A DNA stretch of 63,719 nt, counting the filler, from Thraustochytrium aureum (Eukaryota): the NCBI GenBank assembly GCA_012862495.1. It is 7 parts of 3 records of this genome, joined end to end, with 100 filler letters (N's around TTAATTAATTAA, not from the genome) between each part and the next. Parts side by side here need not be neighbours in the genome. Positions count along the whole stretch, not along the records: positions 19,727 to 44,562 come from BLSG01000215.1; 6 more parts are not named here. One strand, given 5' to 3'. The first letter of the stretch is position 1, and each line of letters opens with the position of its first letter. Positions 24,349-36,648 of the stretch are shown in pieces. The notes under the pieces were generated by a model. The model did not search any database. It was not told the DNA's origin and saw only the letters and a list, made by a program, of their open reading frames with translations. The position numbers were made by a program, and so were the translations under genes.

Positions 24349-24787
24349 GGACCCTGCTTTGACGGAACAGCATGTGCATGACCGTGCCTACGCTGCTGCC
24401 GTCCGCCGCGGCCGGGCTTCCTACGATTGCTTCAAGAATCCCTCGGTTGGTATTCACTCCGCCGTGCATTCCAGTGTGGTGCGCTCCGTTTCAAGCGTTT
24501 CTGAGCGTGTCGGTCGGCGAAGGCGCGCTGTTTTGGCTGCCCTCGCTTTCTCCCGGCGGCAGGGGCGCGGCCGGAATGGCGCGGGCTGGCGCGCGGCGTG
24601 AGTTGGTGGCCACCTTGTCGGTCTTTCTTTTGAGCATTCGCGGTTGCTGTTGGGCTCTGGGCTCTGTGGTTCCTCGTACAAACACAACAAAATTAATCGG
24701 AATCGCCTTGACACGACCTCAGCTACGAAACGGAATTGGCTTTTGCTACACACTGCACAAAGTTAGCGCTCGCGCGCGAGACGCTGG

Positions 24788-25731
24788 CTATGCCTCTGCC
24801 CGTGCGCGCTTGGAAGCCTTTGGAGCGGCGGCCGGATCGTCGCTTGGGTCCCGCTCTCGCTTCGACTTCTTGGTCTTTTGTTTTTTCTCTTTCTTGTCCT
24901 TCTTCTTGCGCTCCTTCTCCGCAGTTCGCTTCTAACTTGCGCCGCGGAGCCGGAAGCTTCCTTGTCCTTCTTGGTTTTCTTGGTTTTCTTGTCCTTCTTG
25001 CTCTTGCTGGACTTTTCCTTGCGCTTCGGCGCGTCGACCGTCGAGACCGGACCGGGGCCGCTCGTGGAGCTTGCTTGCTTAGTTTTGGCCGCTATTGCTG
25101 CGAGGGCCTCGGCCGACCCGAGCGCGACGATTGTTTGCGAGGCAACAAGATGAAACTCCTCCTTGACCTTGTCGCCCTTCTCCGCGCGCAGCTCGTCAAA
25201 CTTGGCTCGAAAGGTGCTGTCAGCCATGTGCTCGCGCAGCATCTTCCCCGTTTGCAGCCGCCCAGCGCGCTTGCCGCATCGCCGCCCCCCACATGCGATG
25301 AACAGCTTGCGGTCCTCCTCAGAATACAGCGAGAGGTCACGGGTTGAAAGCGAGACCTGCTGGTCCTCGTCCAGGTCCGAGTCGTCGGAGGAGTCATCGG
25401 ACGAGTCAGAAGCGCTATCGCCAGCGCTTCCACCTGGGAAGTTAATCTTGGACAGCGCTGCGTCAAACCCGGTGGTCCACCACGTGTTTGTGAACTTGCC
25501 AGCCTTCGATTCAGCCTCGGCGCACCCGATGCCCTTCAAGTCATCCTTTTTAACAACCTTGACGTGCGTGGCCATGCCTTGGCGATTCTTCCCCAGTCCA
25601 TCGCCCTCGTTCCAGCCAAACTTCTTGAGCTGCGCGACCGCAAACTTGGACGGCTTCGCGGCAACACGCTCGTTCGCGTACGACCCGAGCTTCTCCAGGG
25701 TCTTCTTTTGCACGATTACATCAGACACCAT
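24788..25731 (-). CDS. GPATCH4: G-patch domain nucleolar protein (GPATCH4/PINX1-like); frameshift at ~24935
   Basis: G-patch 'KFAVAQLKKFGWNEGDGLGKNRQGMATHVKVVKKDDLKGIG', then 'FTNTWW', 'DRKLFIACGGRRCGKRAG' and a KKE/D tail ending 'KRARAEA*' in the shifted frame. Confidence 0.75.
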
Positions 25732-25888
25732 CCTGCCCGCTGTGCTCACTCGCGCACTTCCAATCGCACCTGAGCAGCCTTCTCTGCACCAATCTCCTTG
25801 CCCGTCACGCGCGCGCGCGCAATGTCGCTTTCGCGCTCTGCCACACGCTCCAGCCAATACTTCCGTCCGACCCAAAATGCCAAGGGGC

Positions 25889-26170
25889 GGGTTCCCCCTA
25901 GCTTTCCACGGGTTCCTTTTAGCTTTNNNNNNNNNNNNNNNNNNNNNNNNNNNNNNNNNNNNNNNNNNNNNNNNNNNNNNNNNNNNNNNNNNNNNNNNNN
26001 NNNNNNNNNNNNNNNNNNNNNNNNNNNNNNNNNNNNNNNNNNNNNNNNNNNNNNNNNNNNNNNNNNNNNNNNNNNNNNNNNNNNNNNNNNNNNNNNNNNN
26101 NNNNNNNNNNNNNNNNNNNNNNNNNNNNNNNNNNNNNNNNNNNNNNNNNNNTTCCCTTTTAGCTTTCAAC
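25889..26170. repeat. Probable collapsed ~20-bp minisatellite (GGTTCC[C/T][C/T]TAGCTTT) flanking a gap
   Basis: TTCCCCCTAGCTTT and TTCCTTTTAGCTTT before the gap; TTCCCTTTTAGCTTT after it. Confidence 0.6.
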
Positions 26171-26467
26171 CTAAAGCTGGCTGCTTCGAGCTTGCGCAGC
26201 TATATAGGTGCACAAGCTCGCACAGCGGGTTCCCTCGCAGAGCAATAGCTTGCGCCAGGGGAAGAGGAGAGGAGCCCAGTGAAAAGCGTTCCGCAAGTGG
26301 AGGAGCAGGCGGAGCTGCAGAAGGCCTTCATCGTCCTTCGCGCAGGGGAGCCAGGGCGCCGCCGGGACCGCTCGCAGACGCGCAAACGGGCGCTCGCGGG
26401 AGTCGTTGTCGCGCGCGCTGGAGGCTCTGCGGCGCGTACTCGGCGCGCTCTGACCGCGCTGGACGAG

Positions 26468-28986
26468 ATGGCGGCCGCAGGCGAGGCCGACGGCCCCGTG
26501 CCGACGGGCGCGAAAGCGAGGGTGGGCCGCGGATGGCGCGTCAGGGTGTCGCATGGCGGTGTGTACACTGGTGGGAAGCTCGAGTTTGATAAGCGCGGGA
26601 GGTTCTTCGCTTGCATGATGAGCGAGAATGTCGTTGTCGTGAGCGCGAGAACGGGCCGCGTGCTGTTCAAGCTGCGGCCCAGCCTCGACGACCTGGAGGA
26701 CGAGGGCGCTACTGCCGGCGAGGAAGAGGCGCTCGAATCCTTTACGTCGTTTTGCTTGCACCCAGATGGCAAGGAGCTCATCTCAGCGAGCCAGAATCAG
26801 CAAATCAGGCGCTGGGCCTTCGGCGACCTCCTGGAGTCCAAGCTTGCAGAGGAGGAGAGCGACTCGTTCTCCCTTGTGCCGGACGCCTCCAGCGTCCTCC
26901 TTGCGTCCTCCAAGCCGAAATACCCCGATATGGTCCGGTCGTGGAAGGGTCACGAGGCGCCAATTTCCTGCGCCGACTTTCACTGCCTCGGAGACCTGTT
27001 TGCGACCGGGAGCAGCGATCGCACCGTCAAGGTGTGGAGCTTGAAAGGGGCCTTTTGCACGCACAATTTCAGGGCGCATCGCTCTGTTTTGCAAATTGTC
27101 CAGTTCCACCCCGAGGCGGACCAGCTTCGACTCGCCTCCGCAGACGCCGCAGGCCACGTGTGGTATTGGGATCTCACGCAGCAGACAGACGACGCCGCCG
27201 CCCGCGCGTCCAACACCAAGGGCGCGCGAAAGGGCGCGAAAGGCGGCGCCAGCGCAAAGGGGCCGACCCGCGACCACTACCACCTCGAAAACCACGTGAG
27301 CGCCGTCACGGCAGTCTGCTTTGGGCCGCACGGACTTGTCTTCACGGCTGGCCGCGACAAGGTTGTCAACGTGTGGCAGGGCTCCGAGCTGCTCAAGACG
27401 TTCCCGGTCTTGGAGGCGGTCGAGGGCATGCAAATTGTCCCCGCTCCGCTCTTGGGGTCCGCTGACCCGATCTCGCAGGAGGTTGTGAAGCCAGGCAACT
27501 ACCGCGTCGTCTTGGCCACCGCCGGCGACAAATCGCTGATCAGATACTGGGCTTTCACGTTTGACGCCCGAGACGGAAAACACACCATGTCCTGCATCAA
27601 GCGGCAGCGGCAGGCTCAGGCGGGGGCCGCCGAGCAGCCGTTTACCGGCCTCGTCGCCGTTCCACACCCGCCTGCCGGACCAGGCGACCAGCGGGCCGCC
27701 AAGCCGCTCGACCCCGCTTTTCTTGCAGGCCTGCGGTTCGACAACCTGATCCAGTTCTTCGACCCAAGCTCGCTCGAGCGCAAACGCCAGATCATCGGCT
27801 ACAACGACGAGGTGATCGATCTCAAGTACCTCCCCCAAGGTACCCCCGGTGGCTCGTCGCGGCGCCGCGTTGCCATGGCGACCAACAGCGAGCAGCTCAC
27901 GCTGATCGACCTCGACACTCTGAGCAGTGAGCAGCTCGTTGGCCACTCGGCACTGGTTCTCACGGTGGACGTTTCCAAAGACGGGCGGTACGTCGCCACA
28001 GGAGCCAAGGACAGCACGTGCCGAATCTGGGACACCGAGTCGCTGGCCTGCGTCGCGACCTGCAAGGGGCACACCGAAGCGGTTGCTGCCGTGGCCTTGC
28101 TCAACGTCCCCGCGGCCGCGCTGGACAAGATGGCTGCCTCGGCAGCAAGCAGTGCTGAGGAAGAGGCGTCGGAGCGCGCGGCCAAACGCTCCAAGAGCGA
28201 CGCGTCAAACGGCGCCGCCCAGGACAAGCTCAGCGCGCCGATTCTCGTGTCAGCCAGCGCGGACCGAACAATCAAGTTCTGGTCCCTGGAGGCCAAGTCC
28301 ACAAGCGGCGAGCTGGTCTGCCGTCACACAGCGCTCGCCCACGACAAGGCGATCAACTCGCTGGCGGCTTCGCCCAACAAGGCGCTCATTGCAACCGGGT
28401 CCTTGGACAAGTCCATCAAGCTCTGGAACACGTCCGACTTTTCGATGCGCGGCGAGCTGCGTGGCCACCGCCGCGGTATCTGGCACCTGCAGTTCTCCCC
28501 TGTGGAGCGTTGCCTCGCCTCGGCTTCAGGGGACAAGACAGTCCGCATCTGGTCGATTTCCGATTTGTCCTGCCTGGCCGTGCTCGAAGGTCATGCTACC
28601 GCGGTGCTGCGCGTTCAGTATGCGCCCTCAGGCCAGCAGGTGCTCTCTGGCGCCTCGAACGGAGTGATCAAGGTTTGGTCGCTAAAGTCGAGCGAGTGTG
28701 TCTCGACCCTCGAGCACCACTCGGACAAGGTGTGGGCAATCGCCATGCCGCCCGTGTCCGCCTCTGCCACTCCCGAGTCTGAAGCTGACGCGCAGGCCCT
28801 CAAGGAGATGATATCCGGCGGCGCCGACTCGAAGCTTGCGGTGTGGCGAGACTGCTCGGACGAGCTGGCCGAGCAGGAAATCGAGCGCCAAGAGCAGACT
28901 CTGCTGCAGGAGCAAGAGCTTTTCATGAGCGTGCGCCGGAAGGAGTACATTCGCGCAGCGCTGCGCGCGCTCGAGCTCAACCGGCC
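26468..28986 (+). CDS. UTP13: U3 snoRNA-associated protein 13 / transducin beta-like 3 (WD40); 3' end in gap
   Basis: 'VYTGG', 'FCTHNFRAH', 'QIIGYNDEVIDLKY', 'AMATNSEQL', 'AHDKAINSLAASPN', 'LRGHRRGIW', 'SGGADS...W.D' and the start of the Utp13 C-terminal domain 'QEQEL...ALEL'. Confidence 0.93.
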
Positions 28987-29663
28987 NNNNNNNNNNNNNN
29001 NNNNNNNNNNNNNNNNNNNNNNNNNNNNNNNNNNNNNNNNNNNNNNNNNNNNNNNNNNNNNNNNNNNNNNNNNNNNNNNNNNNNNNNNNNNNNNNNNNNN
29101 NNNNNNNNNNNNNNNNNNNNNNNNNNNNNNNNNNNNNNNNNNNNNNNNNNNNNNNNNNNNNNNNNNNNNNNNNNNNNNNNNNNNNNNNNNNNNNNNNNNN
29201 NNNNNNNNNNNNNNNNNNNNNNNNNNNNNNNNNNNNNNNNNNNNNNNNNNNNNNNNNNNNNNNNNNNNNNNNNNNNNNNNNNNNNNNNNNNNNNNNNNNN
29301 NNNNNNNNNNNNNNNNNNNNNNNNNNNNNNNNNNNNNNNNNNNNNNNNNNNNNNNNNNNNNNNNNNNNNNNNNNNNNNNNNNNNNNNNNNNNNNNNNNNN
29401 NNNNNNNNNNNNNNNNNNNNNNNNNNNNNNNNNNNNNNNNNNNNNNNNNNNNNNNNNNNNNNNNNNNNNNNNNNNNNNNNNNNNNNNNNNNNNNNNNNNN
29501 NNNNNNNNNNNNNNNNNNNNNNNNNNNNNNNNNNNNNNNNNNNNNNNNNNNNNNNNNNNNNNNNNNNNNNNNNNNNNNNNNNNNNNNNNNNNNNNNNNNN
29601 NNNNNNNNNNNNNNNNNNNNNNNNNNNNNNNNNNNNNNNNNNNNNNNNNNNNNNNNNNNNNNN

Positions 29664-30578
29664 TGAGCATAGGAAGAAAAGTCGAGAGAAGAGAAGCTCG
29701 ACATGTGCCGCCCGAGCTGGCCTCCGCCAACATGCATCGCAGGCGGGGCGTTCGAGAAGGAGTACGAACCAGCGTGCGAATAAAACGAGTCGCCATGCAC
29801 GGATGATCCCGCGAGCGAGTCGGCGTCGGGGAAGAATGTGCCAGAGCCGGCGTGCGAGGGCGTCCCAATGTAACCATAGGGGAAGGCGCCTTGCAGAATC
29901 TGCTGCTGCGCCGGACGCGAGTAATTCGCCATCAGCTGACTCATGATGTGGTCCATCTGCGCCCGCAGCATCGAGTTGTCCCGCTCCAAGCTTATCGCGT
30001 ACTCTTGCAAGACTTGCATCTTTTGCCGCTGCTCGTGCGCCTCGTCGAACGCAGTGCGGAGCAGGCCGCGCAGCCGCGAGAGAGCGCCCGCCAGCCGACC
30101 TTTGTCGTCTTCGAGCAGAGCACAGCGGCGTTCTGCTGCGGCGAGGCGCTGCTCAACTTGGGCGCTCGAGAAGAGCTCTTGCATTGGCGACTCCTTAAAA
30201 AGGACCCGCGGCGGGTTTGGCAACGTGTCCTCCCTGGTGGGCGTGCCGGCGCTCGTAGGAGAGCAATCTGTCGCAGAGGAGGCGGCCGAACTCGCGTGCA
30301 GCGCGCCTCGCTGGTCATTGGCTCCCGGGCCGCCGATCGCGAGGGGCATCATCGCCCTGGACCACGCCTGCTGCATCCCCAGGAACGACCCGATTCCGGG
30401 GGACGATTTTGAAGGACCAGCGCTACCGATGCCGTCCAGCACGTCCGGCGCAGACGCCGTTGACCCGATCGAGGCGCGTGGGCCGCGCGTCTTGGACGAC
30501 CAGGCCCGCATCCCAGCCGCGGCCTCCCAGCCGCGAAAATCCGTTGCTGCCGCCACGGAGGCAGACCTCTCGTGCAGC
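29664..30578 (-). CDS. Hypothetical protein fragment (low complexity plus coiled coil); both ends in gaps
   Basis: Open frame with heptad segment 'LAAAERRCALLEDDKGRLAGALSRLRGLL...LQEYAISLERDNSMLRAQM'. Confidence 0.55.
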
Positions 30579-31106
30579 NNNNNNNNNNNNNNNNNNNNNN
30601 NNNNNNNNNNNNNNNNNNNNNNNNNNNNNNNNNNNNNNNNNNNNNNNNNNNNNNNNNNNNNNNNNNNNNNNNNNNNNNNNNNNNNNNNNNNNNNNNNNNN
30701 NNNNNNNNNNNNNNNNNNNNNNNNNNNNNNNNNNNNNNNNNNNNNNNNNNNNNNNNNNNNNNNNNNNNNNNNNNNNNNNNNNNNNNNNNNNNNNNNNNNN
30801 NNNNNNNNNNNNNNNNNNNNNNNNNNNNNNNNNNNNNNNNNNNNNNNNNNNNNNNNNNNNNNNNNNNNNNNNNNNNNNNNNNNNNNNNNNNNNNNNNNNN
30901 NNNNNNNNNNNNNNNNNNNNNNNNNNNNNNNNNNNNNNNNNNNNNNNNNNNNNNNNNNNNNNNNNNNNNNNNNNNNNNNNNNNNNNNNNNNNNNNNNNNN
31001 NNNNNNNNNNNNNNNNNNNNNNNNNNNNNNNNNNNNNNNNNNNNNNNNNNNNNNNNNNNNNNNNNNNNNNNNNNNNNNNNNNNNNNNNNNNNNNNNNNNN
31101 NNNNNN

Positions 31107-31142
31107 TGCCTGCCTGCCTGCCTGTCTGTCTGTCTGCCTGTC

Positions 31143-31173
<31 letters not shown>

Positions 31174-31181
31174 GGTGTTGT
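31107..31181. repeat. Compound microsatellite (TGCC)n(TGTC)n(TGT)n
   Basis: Directly visible at the gap edge. Confidence 0.9.
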
Positions 31182-31377
31182 TGCGTTGTTCTGCTGCGCG
31201 CTTCCTGATGGGCTGGGCCAGCGCGGAGGCGAGCGCATGCACGTAGGAGCCCCTGCATGCGACTGCTGCTGCAGTTGAAGGCTTCTTGTAGCAACCAGCA
31301 GTCAGCGAAAGCGTCGAGCAGGCTTGCCGTGCACCGAGCGCGAGGCACGCAAGAGGGCCACGGCCGTGCGGCTGACC

Positions 31378-33407
31378 ATGGGAGCTGCTGCTTCTGTTGA
31401 CGTAGATCGCGTGCCAGGAGAAGCCGAGCAGGCAAAAGTCCACGAGGAGCTCGCTCGACGGTTGCAAGCCATCAAGGACGAGCAGCCTGGAGCGCCAATC
31501 CCCGCCGCGCTCCCTGGATCCCTCCAAGCATGTGTGGACTATGAGCTGGATCCAGAGGCGGACCCAGCGGTGAAGTCTGCCTACAACGAGCTCGCCGAGC
31601 TGCTTGCTGCCAAGGTGGAAGAGATCGCTGTGCCCGAGCTCAGCACGCCGATCAAGCTTGTCATGGACACCATCGATGCTGCGATCTACCGGCACGAGCG
31701 CTGGCCCGTCATGGTTGACCCGAGCGGCCAGGGCGCGCGCTTTCTTCGGTACCAGCGGGGCACCTTCCTGCTCGCACAGAGCCCGATCGACATGGCCTCG
31801 GAGAGCCTACGCAAGTCTCTCGTCGGAGCGATCGGCCACGGCGGGTTTCTAATAATTCACTTTGACGACGCAGAGTCGGTCGAGCTCGAACCCTACTTTG
31901 ACCCGGAAAGCTTTCCAGAGGCAGTGCTCAACAAGCTAGAGCTGTTCAAGGAGGAAACCATTGCCAGGCTTTTGCGCCCCGACCAAGGGGACCCCACACC
32001 AGATCTGTTCCAGGTCAAGGACGACTTCAAGTTCATCGTCGTCACGAAGCGCGCCGACCTCGGGCACGCTCTGGCCGCGAAACACCGCATGGCCGTAGTT
32101 TCCGTGCTCGACCCAAGCGAGCAGTCGAGCGGCAAGAGCGATTGCGCAAAGGCTGGGGCGAATGAGATCGCAGCTGCTTTCGGAGCTCGGGACGTCAAGC
32201 GCAACTCCCCGAAGCTGGTGGAGGCCGCTTTCGACGGCGAGTGGGAGACCATCCAGGACCTCCTGGACAAGGGCTACTCGGCGGAGAGCGTCGACGCCCA
32301 CAACACGGGGGCCCTCTCCGAGGCAGCATGCAAGGGCCACACCGAGGTTTGCCGCAAGCTCATCGAGCTCGGGTGCGACCCAAACGCGCAAAACGACGCC
32401 GGGCGGACCGCGCTGTACCGAGCTGCATACAACGGGCACTTGGACACGGTGGAATATCTCCTCTCGCAGGGAGCAGACCCGCGCCTCCGAGCCGGCCTCG
32501 AGGGCCCTACGACGTGGCCAACACGGAGGAGGTTCGGGCCGTGATCGAAGCTTGGGATGAGGCCGAAGCGGACCGCATCGTTGCCGAGCGCGCTGCTGCA
32601 GAGGAGAAGCGGATTGAGGACCGGCTGTCGACGGCAGCCGAGCGTGACGCCTACGCGCGGGAAAAGATTCGCGCCGAGTTGGTCGAGCTGGCGCTGCTGG
32701 GGCAGCACGTCGAGCTCGAGGCGCGCTTGCAAGAACTCGCCGACGAGGCCATCCAGCACAACGAGCGCCCTCGCGGCTGTGCGGAGGTGCGCGATGAGCG
32801 CGGCAACACGCTGCTCTTGATCGCGTGCTGGAAAGGGCACTTTGAGCTGGCCGAAATGCTGCTGACCAAGTACAAGTCGTTCGACCCGGAGTTTGACAAG
32901 GTGGAGCGCAAGGTCTTCTTCGCGAGCATAAAGTCGCGCGAGTCCAAGGGGTGGAACGCCTGCTCGCTCGCGACGTTTCACGGGCACAAGCGCATCCTCG
33001 AGCTCGTGCTCGCGGAGGGCGGCGACCCGTACATCAAAAACTCCTACAACAAGTCAAGCTTTGACCTGGCCCAGGACGACCTCGATGCATGCCGCAAAGT
33101 TCTCGTCGACAAGTCTGAGATCCGCTGCGTTTTGCTAGAGCACGAGCGCCAGAAGAACCCCCGTGCGGCGGCCGAGCGCGAGCGAAAGGAGGCCGCAGCG
33201 GAGGCGGGCCGGGACATGGGGGAGGAGGTCGAGCAGGACGTTCAACTTTCACTTGGTAAAGACGAGCCCGATGCCAAAGACAAGAACGGCAAGGCGAAGG
33301 GCGGCAAGGGCAAGGAGGCCGCCGCGAAAAAGAACGGGAAAAAAGCCGGTGTTGTTGCCCCGGCGGCAGGAGGCGCCAAGAAGAAGGCGAAGGGGAAAGG
33401 CAAGTGA
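31378..33407 (+). CDS. Ankyrin-repeat protein related to IQANK1, with N-myristoylation motif and dynein-AAA5-like 'RWP..IDP.GQ' domain; frameshift at ~32505
   Basis: Starts 'MGAAAS'. Contains 'RWPVMVDPSGQGARFLRY...SLRKSLVGAIGHG', ankyrins 'LVEAAFDG', 'ALSEAACKGH', 'GRTALYRAAYNGH', a second ankyrin block 'GNTLLLIACWKGH' and 'GWNACSLATFHGH', and a basic tail. Confidence 0.75.
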
Positions 33408-33927
33408 GCTAGATCGCTGGGACCCTTGTCGTCTTGCCGCGAGTGCGGTTGGTTTTTTTCCCCTGAAGGGCAGAGAGCCTCGAGCAGAGCCCCCCTTCTG
33501 GCCTCCGCTCCCGTCCTGGAGTCCTGGATGCTAGAGTTTCAATGAACTTTGGCTTTTCAGCAGCTACCCAAGCTCGTAGGGCTCCGCCCAAGTTTTGAGC
33601 AGTGAGCGGACTGGTTGGTCTTGCCGACCCGGGCGCTGGCGCTGCGCGAGACTCTCTTACTCCCTGCCAGGACAACACGTCGAGACAGGTCAATCAAAAG
33701 CGTTTTTTCTCTACGTTTCTGCAAATTCATTCATTTCCAACACAGGGGGGCCAACACGGCGTCAGGGAGACTAAACTATTTGTCCCCAGTCGCCGAGGCA
33801 CGGCTTTGTCACATCGAGCCAAATGGCAGCCGCCCAGCCCGGCTCTATCGCGTCGAACCAAACGGCAGCCGCTAGAACCACCACCGCCGCCGCCGCCGCC
33901 GCCGCCGCTTCCATCTCGATATCAAGT

Positions 33928-35076
33928 TCAGGCGGTCGCAGCGGGCTCTGGCGAGGCGCCGCCATGCGTGGCTGTCTCGCCAGTCGTTTTCCTGATGAAG
34001 CTGATGATCGAGCTGTACACCACGGTCTTCGCGTCGCGGCCCCAGAGAAAATCAGTGTGTCCATAAGGGACAGTTTGGTTGACGTGCGCGAGGGCGGAGG
34101 CCGGCAGCATGCTCAGCGTCGCGTCTAGGGTTTCTGGAGGCACGATGCGATCCTTGGAGCCCATAAAGAGCGCCGTTGGGGTCTCCAGGCCCGAAAAGTC
34201 GTAGGCGGCCGGCTCGGCGCTCTGGTATCGCCTCTGGTTTTCCTCGCGGCCGTAGTCGTACCTCTGCAGGCGGCCGGCGTGCTCGCACTGCATGAGGTGC
34301 TTGAGATTCTTGAGCGAGGTCTCGCGCGGGTAGTAGGAAAAAATGCGTCCCACGACCGCTGGGTCGAAGTTTTCAGGGTCCGAGCAGCCTGCAACGAGGC
34401 AGATCGCCTTCCAGCACATCCCGGGGACATGCGCGCAGAGCCCGGTAAAGACTAGACGAGTAAACCCGAGCGGAATGGCCGGGTGCACATTCTGCACGAT
34501 AAAGTCGGGGATTTGTGGCAGGTAGGAAACGACCCCGCCCGCCCCAAACGAGCCAATCGTCGGGCCGAGCGCCACGACGGAGCGCACGTGCGCGGCGGTT
34601 TCCTTGTGCTGGGCCATCGCCGCGATGGCAATCATGCCGCCCTCCGAGTGCCCGATCAACGAAGCGATTGGGATGCCCGTAAAGCGGCGCACGTACTCCA
34701 CGAGCGCCGGGACGTCGTGGTCGACGGTCTCGTCGAAGCTAAAGTCCCAGAACTCGAGATCCTGGCCGTTGTAGCGCTCGTGGCGCCAGGGCGTGCGCCC
34801 GCGCTTTTCCAGGAGCCACACGTCGTAGCCTGCGGCGTAGAGCTGGCCGGCGAGGCTGTCGGTGCGTCCCCGACACCACGAAGGTGGCGGCCGAGTCGGC
34901 AACGCCAGGGAGTAGCAGGACCGGGGCGCGGCCCTTGCGCGGTATGCGCTTCAGGTACAGCTGGTACCCGTCCGCCGTGGTCGCCAGGTGCTCCTCGCAG
35001 GGGAGGCCAAGCTCGTCGCTCACATAGGAGCACACGCTCACTTCGGGGGCGCAGACCATGCCGCGGATAACAAGCA
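33928..35076 (-). CDS. Acid (lysosomal/gastric-type) lipase, alpha/beta hydrolase; frameshift at ~34870; 5' end in gap
   Basis: 'EEHLATTADGYQLYLKRIP', 'AGYDVWL', 'FWDFSFDE...D.PA', nucleophile 'GHSEG', 'GSKDRIV' (Asp) and 'YGHTDFLWG' (His). Confidence 0.9.
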
Positions 35077-36411
35077 NNNNNNNNNNNNNNNNNNNNNNNN
35101 NNNNNNNNNNNNNNNNNNNNNNNNNNNNNNNNNNNNNNNNNNNNNNNNNNNNNNNNNNNNNNNNNNNNNNNNNNNNNNNNNNNNNNNNNNNNNNNNNNNN
35201 NNNNNNNNNNNNNNNNNNNNNNNNNNNNNNNNNNNNNNNNNNNNNNNNNNNNNNNNNNNNNNNNNNNNNNNNNNNNNNNNNNNNNNNNNNNNNNNNNNNN
35301 NNNNNNNNNNNNNNNNNNNNNNNNNNNNNNNNNNNNNNNNNNNNNNNNNNNNNNNNNNNNNNNNNNNNNNNNNNNNNNNNNNNNNNNNNNNNNNNNNNNN
35401 NNNNNNNNNNNNNNNNNNNNNNNNNNNNNNNNNNNNNNNNNNNNNNNNNNNNNNNNNNNNNNNNNNNNNNNNNNNNNNNNNNNNNNNNNNNNNNNNNNNN
35501 NNNNNNNNNNNNNNNNNNNNNNNNNNNNNNNNNNNNNNNNNNNNNNNNNNNNNNNNNNNNNNNNNNNNNNNNNNNNNNNNNNNNNNNNNNNNNNNNNNNN
35601 NNNNNNNNNNNNNNNNNNNNNNNNNNNNNNNNNNNNNNNNNNNNNNNNNNNNNNNNNNNNNNNNNNNNNNNNNNNNNNNNNNNNNNNNNNNNNNNNNNNN
35701 NNNNNNNNNNNNNNNNNNNNNNNNNNNNNNNNNNNNNNNNNNNNNNNNNNNNNNNNNNNNNNNNNNNNNNNNAAGCGGCTCGGCAGGCCGGCAAGTAATT
35801 CATTAGCCAGGCAGGCAGCCAGGCAGGCGGCAGGCAGGCGGTGAAGCAAGTACCTCCTGCGCCTCCGATGGGGATGTTCGTGCGCGCCCTTGACGCAAGT
35901 GGAGAGCAGGGCAGGCGCTTGGAGGGGGTGGGCATCACGCATGCATGCACCGCGGGCGATCGCTGCCACGACGGTGGTGGCACGCCTCGCAGAGAGCGGC
36001 AGCCTCACATGCGGCGAGCGGTGTCACTGACTGCTCTCGTCGTGCTCGAGTCGAAGAGCCGCGCAAACCGGCGCATTCTGGTACACAACGCCCCCTCAAA
36101 CACGACCACGTCGGATCGGAACCTCGCGTCCCTCGGCGGTGGCCTGGTCTGGTGGCCGACACGCTTGGTCCACCACTCTGCGATTAAAGGACCTGGCGGT
36201 ACGGCGTAGCAGGGTCTAGTGAGGGTGGACGTTGTGGTCTGAGGCTTGGACACGACCGGCCCGGATCCGCTCGATTGGCGGATCTCTGCGTTGAGTACAG
36301 CTGCCGCAATCCACGGCAAGGGAAGCGCTTTGCGCGATCAGCACGCCGCTGATCCCAGTCCTTCCCAATGTCGCTGACACCGAGGAGGATTGACATCATG
36401 ATCATGAAAGC

Positions 36412-36448
36412 TCGCTTCTCGCGTCATGGTCGCTTCTCGCGTCATGGT
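36412..36448. repeat. 18-bp tandem duplication TCGCTTCTCGCGTCATGG x2
   Basis: Directly visible, in the intergenic region between the two divergent lipases. Confidence 0.85.
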
Positions 36449-36648
36449 ATACTCGAGTACTCGGCGACGAGTGCAGGCGAAGGTGAAGTACTTGCAGCTG
36501 TGGCCTGCCGAACAACAGAACAGAGGGACGCGAGACCGGCCGTCCCGGGCTCTGCAATTGGGCACGGAGGCCAGACGCCAAGCGCGCAAGTGGAGAGCGC
36601 GTGCCCCTCCACCACGGCCGCCGCGGCGCCGCAGCGGCTGCAGGAGCG

